Shown piece by piece: positions 45,974 through 53,949 of a DNA stretch of 64,000 bases. Every line of letters starts with the position of its first letter. Positions within the stretch are counted from its first letter, which is position 1. The notes beneath the pieces are model-generated. The model ran no database searches. It worked only from the letters and a program-made list of their open reading frames with translations, and was not told where the DNA came from. The position numbers and the translations under genes are program-made. Location of the stretch: IMG/VR virus record IMGVR_UViG_3300045988_117002; one strand, written 5' to 3'. This DNA comes from a virus.

Positions 45974-46021
45974 AGTATCAACCCTCCATCACGTTTTGAC
46001 CTGTTTATATTATTGATTATA

Positions 46022-46258
46022 TTACAATGCTTTTAATTTCACAACACCATTATATATAGTAAATTTTCCATATACATAATTGTCTTGTGTAAAATCATAA
46101 TCGTAAACGTGCCATAATTCCAATTCAGTGTTACATTTCCATCTGTTCTTATTTAAGATGTCGCAAATTTTCTTTGCGCTTCTATCCGAAGCAAAGAAAG
46201 CATATGTTTTTGAATGTAGATACTCCGTTCCCTTATTTGTCATTGCAATTAATTTCAT
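46022..46258 (-). CDS. hypothetical protein
   Basis: ATG 46258 behind AAGGAAGG. Confidence 0.5.
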   Translation of the reverse strand: MKLIAMTNKGTEYLHSKTYAFFASDRSAKKICDILNKNRWKCNTELELWHVYDYDFTQDNYVYGKFTIYNGVVKLKAL

Positions 46259-46343
46259 GTTATCAATTCCTTCCTTATTATATAGTGTTCTGTTTGACCG
46301 TTCAATCGGCATACAGAACTATTTTCCGTATGCCTATCAACGG

Positions 46344-46553
46344 TCAAACATTGTTGTATAAGCGGTCAATTGTTCTCATGATCTTCATCATCAAACCATA
46401 TTCTGTTAAACCTTCCCACATAACAATAGAAGTCTTTCCGTTTACGGTAACAAACACGCTTTCCGATTCTTCTGAATATGTCACTGTTACTCTGTTTCCG
46501 TTTGTATACGGATTTTCTTCTAACATTTCATTAAATTTGTTGATCCATTCCAT
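46344..46553 (-). CDS. hypothetical protein
   Basis: Co-directional ORF. Confidence 0.5.
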   Translation of the reverse strand: MEWINKFNEMLEENPYTNGNRVTVTYSEESESVFVTVNGKTSIVMWEGLTEYGLMMKIMRTIDRLYNNV

Positions 46554-46569
46554 TTTTCTTTTCTCCTGT

Positions 46570-46752
46570 TCATTCTATTAATTCTTCTATTGTTTCGCAC
46601 AATCTTAAAAGAGCAGCTTTCACCACACTATTTCCGTTAAGTTGTGATAACTCATTGTATAGTTCTGTTTCCGCTTCTTCTCTGTTTTCTTCATCGTCAT
46701 AGCCATCGGAAAGACAGTCGATAATCTTTCTTGCTAATTCTGAACTATTCAT
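46570..46752 (-). CDS. hypothetical acidic protein
   Basis: Co-directional ORF. Confidence 0.5.
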   Translation of the reverse strand: MNSSELARKIIDCLSDGYDDEENREEAETELYNELSQLNGNSVVKAALLRLCETIEELIE

Positions 46753-46773
46753 GTTTATTTCCTCCCTTGTGGT

Positions 46774-47130
46774 TTAATGAACTTTCCAACATTGCCAATA
46801 ATAATCTTCTTTTGTTGCTATTTCTTCTGGAGTCATATCAGGATTAAACATTTGTGTTCTTCTAATAAAATCTTTGTACTGTTCATTAAAATCATCACAA
46901 TATGTAATTTCTTCTGATAAAATTCTCCCATCATCACTCGCATATTCATAAATAATACTTGATTCATCACTATTGTATGTTTCCAAAAATTTATTAATTG
47001 TTCTGCCGTCTTCTGTTTCTATTAAATAATCTTGTAAACATTCTTTTGTAATTTTAAATCTTACTTCTCTTTCTACATCCAAAGTATCATCAATATAGTT
47101 ACAAATTTTTAATTCTACAAACTTATCCAT
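46774..47130 (-). CDS. hypothetical protein
   Basis: GGAGG SD. Confidence 0.55.
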   Translation of the reverse strand: MDKFVELKICNYIDDTLDVEREVRFKITKECLQDYLIETEDGRTINKFLETYNSDESSIIYEYASDDGRILSEEITYCDDFNEQYKDFIRRTQMFNPDMTPEEIATKEDYYWQCWKVH

Positions 47131-47148
47131 ACCAGTTTACCTCCTGTC

Positions 47149-47164
47149 TGAAATGTGAATTTCA
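47149..47164. promoter_or_regulatory. TGAAA-N6-TTTCA palindrome, copy 13
   Basis: tgaaatgtgaatttca overlapping the stop of 47162..47392 and 4 nt 5' of the GGAGG SD of 46774..47130. Confidence 0.6.
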
Positions 47165-47392
47165 ACCTGTTATATATATTTTCCTATTACTTGTTTTTTT
47201 AATAAGTGTTAACTCTTTAATTGTTGGAATTTTAATATTATAATATTCTTCTAAGATACATTTTAAAGAACTGTAACTCATTCCATCCCATCCCCATATA
47301 TTTCCTGTGTGTTCTCTTTTAGTGGTTTCTTCATTTTTGATTTCTGCAAACCATTTACCATTTTCTTGTGTAATATGATCGAGTATATACAT
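47162..47392 (-). CDS. hypothetical protein
   Basis: Co-directional ORF. Confidence 0.5.
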   Translation of the reverse strand: MYILDHITQENGKWFAEIKNEETTKREHTGNIWGWDGMSYSSLKCILEEYYNIKIPTIKELTLIKKTSNRKIYITG

Positions 47393-47395
47393 CTT

Positions 47396-47572
47396 TCATT
47401 CCTCCATATCCTGATATGCAAAATTTAAGCGTTCTTTTAAATCTTCAATGTTATCATGTAAACTGATCAATGTTTCATCATCTGCATTATTTTCCAATGC
47501 AAGTTTATATTCACGTTTTAAATTTGTAAGTGCTTCTTTTAATGTGTTTGGTTTCTCATACTGTTTATACAT
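47396..47572 (-). CDS. hypothetical helical protein (58 aa)
   Basis: Hand-translated MYKQYEKPNTLKEALTNLKREYKLALENN...; GGAGGTGAAG SD. Confidence 0.4.
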   Translation of the reverse strand: MYKQYEKPNTLKEALTNLKREYKLALENNADDETLISLHDNIEDLKERLNFAYQDMEE

Positions 47573-47582
47573 GCTTCACCTC

Positions 47583-47885
47583 CTAAAATTCCGCTTTCAG
47601 CTTTCCATTGTACTTTTCCGTGTATTCAAATTCAGGTTCACCAAAATAAAAGCCTGTTACTTCTGTGCTAATACAAAGATTTGTTTTCTTTTCGATTATA
47701 TCCGACATAATAAAAGTTGCATCTGCTTCTGCTGAATAACATCCATACACAACTTTTTTATACGCATCTGCTTCTGCTGAATAACATCCATACACAACTT
47801 TTTTATACGCATCTGCTTTGCCTCCGTCGTATGTAATAGTTTTCTTTTTCTTATCTTTAATGATAAACATATTATTTTCCTCCAT
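47583..47885 (-). CDS. hypothetical protein carrying an in-frame 15-aa tandem duplication
   Basis: ADAYKKVVYGCYSAE repeated twice, encoded by the perfect 45-bp repeat. Confidence 0.5.
   Translation of the reverse strand: MEENNMFIIKDKKKKTITYDGGKADAYKKVVYGCYSAEADAYKKVVYGCYSAEADATFIMSDIIEKKTNLCISTEVTGFYFGEPEFEYTEKYNGKLKAEF
47719..47808. repeat. perfect 2 x 45-bp tandem duplication
   Basis: gcatctgcttctgctgaataacatccatacacaacttttttatac at 47719-47763 and 47764-47808, with a partial third unit. Confidence 0.9.
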
Positions 47886-47897
47886 GAAATTGTACTT

Positions 47898-48494
47898 TTA
47901 TCTTGAAATTTTATCCGCATATTCCATCATAAATTGAGCTGTTTTCTTAATTGTTTTTGATTTGTCGACTACTTCATCATTAAAACAAATTGTAAATACA
48001 TCGCCAACATTGTCATCAACAATCCAGTACGGTATATTCTTACGGGGTTTCCAATATGTTGTCCAATAATTATAGTTGTAATTGTCACCAATTATATTTT
48101 TTCTATAAAAGTTAGCATCTTCGATTCTTACTGGATGACAAATACCATAACCAACAAAAAGCTCTTTTGTAATTATTCTACTATTTTGATATTTTTTAAT
48201 TGCTTCTTCTTTACCAAAACAAGCAATCCAATTGTATGTTAAATCTTTTTCCGTATCATTAAAATATTTATAATTCATCATCTCTTTTTCGTTCCGTGGT
48301 GTACTATATGACATTTCCCAATTAAAAGGATTGTCTAACGCCGGATTTTTCATTCTAATAGGATATGCTTGATCTCCATTTTTTCTAAGTTCAATCCATG
48401 CATTTTTTCCACTATCAAGACATGATAATAACATTATCATAGCCTTATTTACGTTTGTTGTTGCTTCTGTCCATGTTGTATGTACTTTGCTCAT
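47898..48494 (-). CDS. hypothetical protein
   Basis: Co-directional ORF, 198 aa. Confidence 0.6.
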   Translation of the reverse strand: MSKVHTTWTEATTNVNKAMIMLLSCLDSGKNAWIELRKNGDQAYPIRMKNPALDNPFNWEMSYSTPRNEKEMMNYKYFNDTEKDLTYNWIACFGKEEAIKKYQNSRIITKELFVGYGICHPVRIEDANFYRKNIIGDNYNYNYWTTYWKPRKNIPYWIVDDNVGDVFTICFNDEVVDKSKTIKKTAQFMMEYADKISR

Positions 48495-48633
48495 ATGTTT
48501 AAATTCCTTTCTTTATCTATTCTTTAATGCCTCTATAACGCTGTTAAACTCACTTTAACAGTGGTCAAATTGTAACTATTTCCGCTGTTCTCTACATTGA
48601 TAACTTTTCCACCTGCATAGATATTAATTTCCA

Positions 48634-48828
48634 TTAACGTTCCACCACCTCTCTGATATAATAGTCTTTCAGATAATAACGACTTGAGCGTGGGTTATTA
48701 CGCTTTATAACGTAACCTCTTCCGTATCTGCCCTTATACGGTTCTTTGATTTCTTTCCCGACAGGAATATATCCCCTGTCGCTTGCGGTATGGTGATATG
48801 TATACTTAACTTCTTTCATGCTTTCCAC
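48634..48828 (-). CDS. hypothetical basic protein
   Basis: Co-directional ORF. Confidence 0.5.
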   Translation of the reverse strand: MESMKEVKYTYHHTASDRGYIPVGKEIKEPYKGRYGRGYVIKRNNPRSSRYYLKDYYIREVVER

Positions 48829-48831
48829 CTT

Positions 48832-49239
48832 CTACTGTATAAAGTCCCAACGTTCTATAACGTCATCATCATAATTGCTATATGGGTTATATACGCAATA
48901 AGTAATGATTGTATCTCCAATTTCTGCATCATCTACGCTTGCATAGCTGATATAATAGCCTCCATCAACAGGCGGATTGAGTACAGTTCCGTTCTTTTCA
49001 TTATCGGTTACTTTTCCGATAATGCGCTCAATGTACATAATGTTATGATCTGCTCTTGTTGTAAGCATTTCCTCTGTTAAGTCATTACAATCAATGACTT
49101 TTGTGATAGGTGCATTTTTTGCGACATCTGGAAATGTTCTTGCCTGTACAGGTGCGCTTGTTACGTTTCCGATAATGCTAATACTTGCAAGTGTTATAAT
49201 TAATGCTTTCTTAATTCTGTTCATCATAGTTCTTTCCAC
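48832..49239 (-). CDS. secreted protein
   Basis: N-terminal signal peptide KKALIITLASISIIGNVTSAPVQA. Confidence 0.55.
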   Translation of the reverse strand: MERTMMNRIKKALIITLASISIIGNVTSAPVQARTFPDVAKNAPITKVIDCNDLTEEMLTTRADHNIMYIERIIGKVTDNEKNGTVLNPPVDGGYYISYASVDDAEIGDTIITYCVYNPYSNYDDDVIERWDFIQ

Positions 49240-49456
49240 CTTTCTTATATATAATTAATATCCTTTTGCAATGTAGTCTAAAAACATCCAAACAGGCATT
49301 GTAAACAGGAAGAAAGCGCAAATATATGTAAGTGCTGTTTTAACTTTCCGCTTGCGTTCCTGTTTAAATACTGCTTTCCAATAACTTCTAGTTCCATAAA
49401 TCTTTTCCATAGTAGTTCCCCTTTCTTTTATGTTGTGTTATTTGCCATTATAAGCA

Positions 49457-49494
49457 CTATAAAAGGCACGAATGATATAATTTCCATTCATGCC
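49457..49494 (-). terminator. rho-independent terminator
   Basis: Minus strand GGCATGAATG..CATTCGTGCC stem followed by TTTTATAG, just 3' of 49518..49838. Confidence 0.6.
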
Positions 49495-49517
49495 CTATTT
49501 AGTGATTATAAAGCGGT

Positions 49518-49838
49518 TTAGGCTTCATGTTTCCGTTCTAATTCTTTGCAAATTTCAGAATCGTAGCTAAACGGATATTCTTTCACAAGTCCATTCTTAC
49601 TGTAAATACTTGTGATAAACTTCACATCATAGAATGATGTATAATTCAGTGAATATGTAATTGTGTTATTAATATAAATGTTTACGGATTGCCCGTTATC
49701 GTAATACTGAAAAGGTACGTCCGATATTTCCAGATCATCAAGAACTTTCTTTCCTTCATAATAATTTCTTTCAAACTGTTCTTTATTTCCCCATGTTTCA
49801 CCTTTTGTAAGTTCCTGTAACATTGATACGATTGACAT
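49518..49838 (-). CDS. hypothetical protein
   Basis: ATG 49838 behind GAGGTGGAATAAT. Confidence 0.5.
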   Translation of the reverse strand: MSIVSMLQELTKGETWGNKEQFERNYYEGKKVLDDLEISDVPFQYYDNGQSVNIYINNTITYSLNYTSFYDVKFITSIYSKNGLVKEYPFSYDSEICKELERKHEA

Positions 49839-49857
49839 ATTATTCCACCTCTTCATT

Positions 49858-50790
49858 TCATCTTTCAAAATCAATCTGTAATGGTTTTACTTTTCCGCTT
49901 CTCAATTCTTCCAGTGCGATTTTATTAACTTCATTTGTAAAATAATCCACCTTGTAAGAATCAATAATTTTGTTTTGATTGTTCATTCTGGTATAAAATT
50001 CTTGTGAATTATCTTCCCAGTACCATACAAAATAAGTATGAAGAATACAATTTTCATCATCATATACACGCTTACAACGTCTTTTATTTCCATTCATTAA
50101 GAAAATATCTTCTGTTACGTTTAATGCGTCATACTCTGTATTTGAACAATGATGTACTACTTCTTTATATGTCCAGATGACCGATCCGCCCCAGGTTTTT
50201 CCTGTCACAATAGCTCTATGAGTTCTTAACCACGCTTGCATTTCTTCTTCTGTTCTCCATGCGTGATTCTCTATAAAATACTGATAATCACTATCTGATT
50301 TTCTATGAGACAGATAATATTTATCATGTGTTTTTGTGGAAAACATTTCTTTATTATCGTTACATTCCCACAAATTAACAGTTGCGGTAAAATAAACTCC
50401 ACCATTTGCACATGCCCCGTTATGTCCAAATGTCCAGAAAATATTAGTTGTCTTTCCAATATATGTAAATCCGTTCATTTCATGATGGCTAAATGAACCA
50501 CCAGAAGTACTATGACAAAATTCGCCTTCGTGAATATTTGTGTACATGTTTCCATTTTCGCAAATTTCCGTATTGTCATAGATGTTGGTTATCATTGCAT
50601 GTGGGAAATATTCCCCGTATTCATTTGTATATTGCACTACGTCCCCAACCTGGATACGTTCTGTTGATCGTGAATTTTCGATCGCATCAATAATTTTATT
50701 AACTTTCATCACATCTGATTCTGTGATACCATGTTCATAGTCAAAATGATAATTTTCTTTCTTTAATGTTTCCACTGTATATTTCTTCAT
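49858..50790 (-). CDS. hypothetical protein
   Basis: 310-aa ORF. Confidence 0.6.
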   Translation of the reverse strand: MKKYTVETLKKENYHFDYEHGITESDVMKVNKIIDAIENSRSTERIQVGDVVQYTNEYGEYFPHAMITNIYDNTEICENGNMYTNIHEGEFCHSTSGGSFSHHEMNGFTYIGKTTNIFWTFGHNGACANGGVYFTATVNLWECNDNKEMFSTKTHDKYYLSHRKSDSDYQYFIENHAWRTEEEMQAWLRTHRAIVTGKTWGGSVIWTYKEVVHHCSNTEYDALNVTEDIFLMNGNKRRCKRVYDDENCILHTYFVWYWEDNSQEFYTRMNNQNKIIDSYKVDYFTNEVNKIALEELRSGKVKPLQIDFER

Positions 50791-50812
50791 AATTTCCGCC
50801 TTTTAACCTTTC

Positions 50813-51175
50813 TTATTTAATCTCTGTAATTTCTTTCTTGATACTTTCCACTTCTTTATAAAGTGGCTCAAAAATTTCATAACCATATCCATACTGTTTC
50901 AAATACTTTTTGAGCTGTTCTGAATTACATTTATATGAATATCCTTCATTTTCCAGATAATCATTTGTCATAGAAATAAATGCAGTCCAGATGATTGTTG
51001 TTACTTTTCTTGTGTTCTTTATGTACTCACGCATCTGTTTATCACATCTGAATGTAACATCAATCTCTGTATAAATAGAGTCTAAAAAATAATCCTTATT
51101 CAATTTCATGTTTCCCGTATTGAGAAAATAGCTATCAAGTGTATCAAATGTAGCTTTAATGTTTGTCTTTGCCAT
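50813..51175 (-). CDS. hypothetical protein
   Basis: Co-directional ORF. Confidence 0.55.
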   Translation of the reverse strand: MAKTNIKATFDTLDSYFLNTGNMKLNKDYFLDSIYTEIDVTFRCDKQMREYIKNTRKVTTIIWTAFISMTNDYLENEGYSYKCNSEQLKKYLKQYGYGYEIFEPLYKEVESIKKEITEIK

Positions 51176-51525
51176 TATTTTAAACCTCCTTAAATTCTTG
51201 TGAACATTTCAATAGGTGCTGTTATCGTTCCACCTTCACAAGTTGCGGAAATAACAATATTTCCGTCCTTTGTGATTCTATATTCTCCTGTATAAGTGCA
51301 TTTGATTGAATGCGCTTTGTCGTTGTTACCATAAATAAGTTTCTGTCCTTTTGTCATTCTGTTTACCTCCCTATCAGAGCATTGATTGTTTCAACGTTCT
51401 TTAAAACCTGCTTACGTGTTTCTTCATACTGTTTTGACATTGCTTTAATTTCTGCAATGTTTTTTTTGATAGCTGTCGTGTATGAATTACGACGGAATAA
51501 CTTTTTGATCATTCTGTACACCTCC

Positions 51526-51735
51526 TCACATGCACCGACAAACCAAACCGCCTCTTGTGCGGTTACGTTTCAGAGTTGCTAACTCTTTTTCAAGAGTGTT
51601 TGATCTTTCGATCAGGTCAACGGGTACAGATTCCTGATTCCAGAAGTCATAGCAAGCGGAAATTTGACTTTCCACTTCTGAAAGCTCTTTCTCAAGAGTG
51701 TTAATAGTTGCATATTCTCCAAAATATTTAATCAT
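51526..51735 (-). CDS. hypothetical protein
   Basis: AAAGGAGAA SD. Confidence 0.5.
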   Translation of the reverse strand: MIKYFGEYATINTLEKELSEVESQISACYDFWNQESVPVDLIERSNTLEKELATLKRNRTRGGLVCRCM

Positions 51736-51772
51736 GACACATTCTCCTTTTTCTTATTCTCTGTTTATAGGT

Positions 51773-51808
51773 ACTAAAAAGCACACAAGCGTTATTTACT
51801 TGTGTGCT
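51773..51808 (-). terminator. rho-independent terminator
   Basis: Minus strand AGCACACAAG..CTTGTGTGCT 10-bp stem followed by TTTTTAG. Confidence 0.65.
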
Positions 51809-52025
51809 ATGTTACTGCCTATAAATTTGTTGATACCCAACGTTTTGCACTTGTAAGTGATTTACAATTCTTTAAAACTGTATCATTTGCAACTACGTCA
51901 TAAGTGTTATTATATGTAAGTTCAATCCATACATATTGACCATTGCGTTGGTGTGCCGTTCTCTGTATCACATTCATGAATAATATGCCATTCTTTCATT
52001 GTAAAACCTCCTTAAAACATGGATT

Positions 52026-52229
52026 TCATTTTGTGTAATACTTTAAAACGTTGATGGTATCTTCAAGGTCGCACATCTTACAACCTTTAACATTTTCAAT
52101 CTGCTCTTGAATATCAACAGGAAAAGCAAGGCTCTCAAACGTTTCTTTGCATTCCTGGAATATCTGATTTTGAATTGTTTCGGGCAACTCACATACATAG
52201 GTATGAGCTGTTATCTTTGTTTTTGTCAT
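52026..52229 (-). CDS. hypothetical protein (first gene of the leftward block)
   Basis: AGGAGG SD. Confidence 0.5.
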   Translation of the reverse strand: MTKTKITAHTYVCELPETIQNQIFQECKETFESLAFPVDIQEQIENVKGCKMCDLEDTINVLKYYTK

Positions 52230-53086
52230 TGTTATACCTCCTGTTATATATTGTTTATTCTCTTTTTGTTCTCATTTTTGCAAGCCATTATAATTCAACA
52301 TTAGAAATTATTTATACTTGACTACTACTCACCGCCACGGGTCTTACGCTTTTGCCCGTCTTTCAAATAACTTTGCTTGTTGATAATGCCTTGCAACCTA
52401 AGTAAAACAAAAAAGTAAATGCTTTATGATATAGAATCAACCACATTTACAAGAATTAACTATTTCGGCAGTCATCCGCTTTTAACGATTGTATGTTATC
52501 GGAAAGTTTTATGTATCATTGATAGATGTTACCTTTCAAACTATTTCAGTCTAAACAAAATCTTAGGTCTTTGTTTTGCATCTTTCCCCGTTTTTTGATC
52601 AGATACGGACAACTGAACTTTTTGTTATTGTTACCCTGTTCACATGGGCTTTTGGTTAGACTTTTTATTTACTTGCTATCTTGTCAGTATCGCAACCCTT
52701 GCAAGAAACTTTATAGCAGTTTATACTTTGTTGCTCTGTATTTTACAAGACTTCTCTTGTCTGGATTTAGTTTATGTATTACCAGAATCAAAAATCTGTT
52801 TTTTTTTTGAAAAGAAATAGATAAAACTTTTTGTTGCAATTGCTTTTTAAGATTTTAAAAATCTTTTGAGATATCCGATTAAAGCTAACCAGATGTCGTT
52901 AGACTTGAGGTATCTACTTTTTCAAACTCGACGCGCCCTCACGGGATACTACACGGCTCATAGCTATTAACTAGAGATCTCACGAATTATTTCGCTTTAC
53001 CTCACAAGCGGTAACGACTCCGCTTGTCACAATATGAAGTTTTATGTATCAACTTGTTTCCCTCTGTTGATGGTATTACTATAACA

Positions 53087-53174
53087 TAGGGTACCCTATT
53101 AGTCAATAGGTTACCCTATGATTTTTTATGTTTGTGAATTGTGTATAATTTACATATTTGTATAGGGTACCCTA
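53087..53174. promoter_or_regulatory. three palindromic operators TAGGGTACCCTA
   Basis: Perfect 12-bp palindromes at 53087-53098 and 53163-53174 and the variant TAGGTTACCCTA at 53107-53118, interleaved with TATAAT boxes (53144-53149, 53179-53184). Confidence 0.7.
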
Positions 53175-53207
53175 TTAGTATAATATATACAAATGACCAT
53201 AGAAAAG

Positions 53208-53236
53208 TTGACAAGATAAAGCTATAATGTTAATAT
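53208..53236 (+). promoter_or_regulatory. sigma-A promoter of the rightward RHH operon
   Basis: TTGACA (53208-53213), 17 nt, TAATAT (53231-53236). Confidence 0.6.
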
Positions 53237-53308
53237 GTAATACTACTCTTACACCAAAAATGAAAAGAGAATTATTACATATAATAAATAAAGGAAGGTG
53301 TAAGAATT

Positions 53309-53497
53309 ATGGCATATAGCCCAAAATCACAAAAAGATTATAATGATAGATGTACAGTTGTAAAACTTAAATATACACCAGAAGAAACGGAAGAATGTGC
53401 AAGAATGAAACGGTATGCAAAAGATAATAACATACCAATGAGCGTATATATCAAGAAGCTAATACAGGATGATCTTGACAGAAAAGGTTATAAATAA
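53309..53497 (+). CDS. ribbon-helix-helix (CopG/Arc-like) regulator
   Basis: RCTVVKLKYTPEETEECARMKRYAKDNNIPMSVYIKKLIQDDL has the strand-helix-helix pattern; AAAGGAAGG SD. Confidence 0.6.
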   Translation: MAYSPKSQKDYNDRCTVVKLKYTPEETEECARMKRYAKDNNIPMSVYIKKLIQDDLDRKGYK

Positions 53498-53501
53498 ATA
53501 T

Positions 53502-53948
53502 ATGATAGACGATAAAATAACAAAAGAGCACATAGAACATTTAAGAGACATAAACTATTATGATGCTTTAAAGTTGTTTGATAATGGAAATATACGTTAT
53601 TTATATGATGATTTATTTATAGAGTATATACGCCACATAATAAAGAAATGCTTGTTTATAACTGATACTGATAACATGACAGATATAATATATAAATGTT
53701 TTGTTGTATCTGGTAACGTGTCAAGATGTCTTAATATGCTTAGATATAATAATATACAGTATAATCAAAAGTTATCAAATGGAAGATATAGAGTTAATAA
53801 GGAAGACGTATATAACGCTTTGAATAATGGTAGATGTGCAGATATTGAAATAGATTTTATAGCACATTTATTATGGTATGGAAGAAACTACAATGAATTA
53901 GATAGTTATATAGATACTATGTTGTCAAAGATAAAACAGTTGTATTAA
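53502..53948 (+). CDS. hypothetical helical protein
   Basis: ATG 53502 follows the RHH stop by 4 nt. Confidence 0.5.
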   Translation: MIDDKITKEHIEHLRDINYYDALKLFDNGNIRYLYDDLFIEYIRHIIKKCLFITDTDNMTDIIYKCFVVSGNVSRCLNMLRYNNIQYNQKLSNGRYRVNKEDVYNALNNGRCADIEIDFIAHLLWYGRNYNELDSYIDTMLSKIKQLY

Positions 53949-53949
53949 C

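Larger units (their letters stand above)
52230..53300. other. ~1.07-kb ORF-free divergent control region (candidate structured RNA and operators)
   Basis: No credible ORF; visibly more G+C than the flanks; many short hairpins; 15-bp direct repeat aagttttatgtatca at 52504-52518 and 53037-53051. Confidence 0.5.

Noticed and set aside
16807-50459. Same-strand alternative-frame ORFs nested in larger genes (16807..16995, 29063..29287, 47696..47920, 50271..50459)
   Set aside because: They lie entirely within or heavily overlap longer ORFs that have motifs or better starts. There is no independent SD or coding signal.
46-52810. Plus-strand ORFs scattered through the leftward block (for example 46..240, 509..835, 843..1109, 1613..1933, 2947..3156, 7564..7761, 12758..12976, 28799..29152, 35708..36019, 44080..44361, 46174..46581, 48790..49080, 51310..51582, 52526..52810)
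   Set aside because: They are antisense shadows of better minus-strand genes or lie in non-coding DNA. Their translations are hydrophobic and low-complexity (F/L/I/S-rich), as expected from the T-rich antisense strand, and they lack SD sites.
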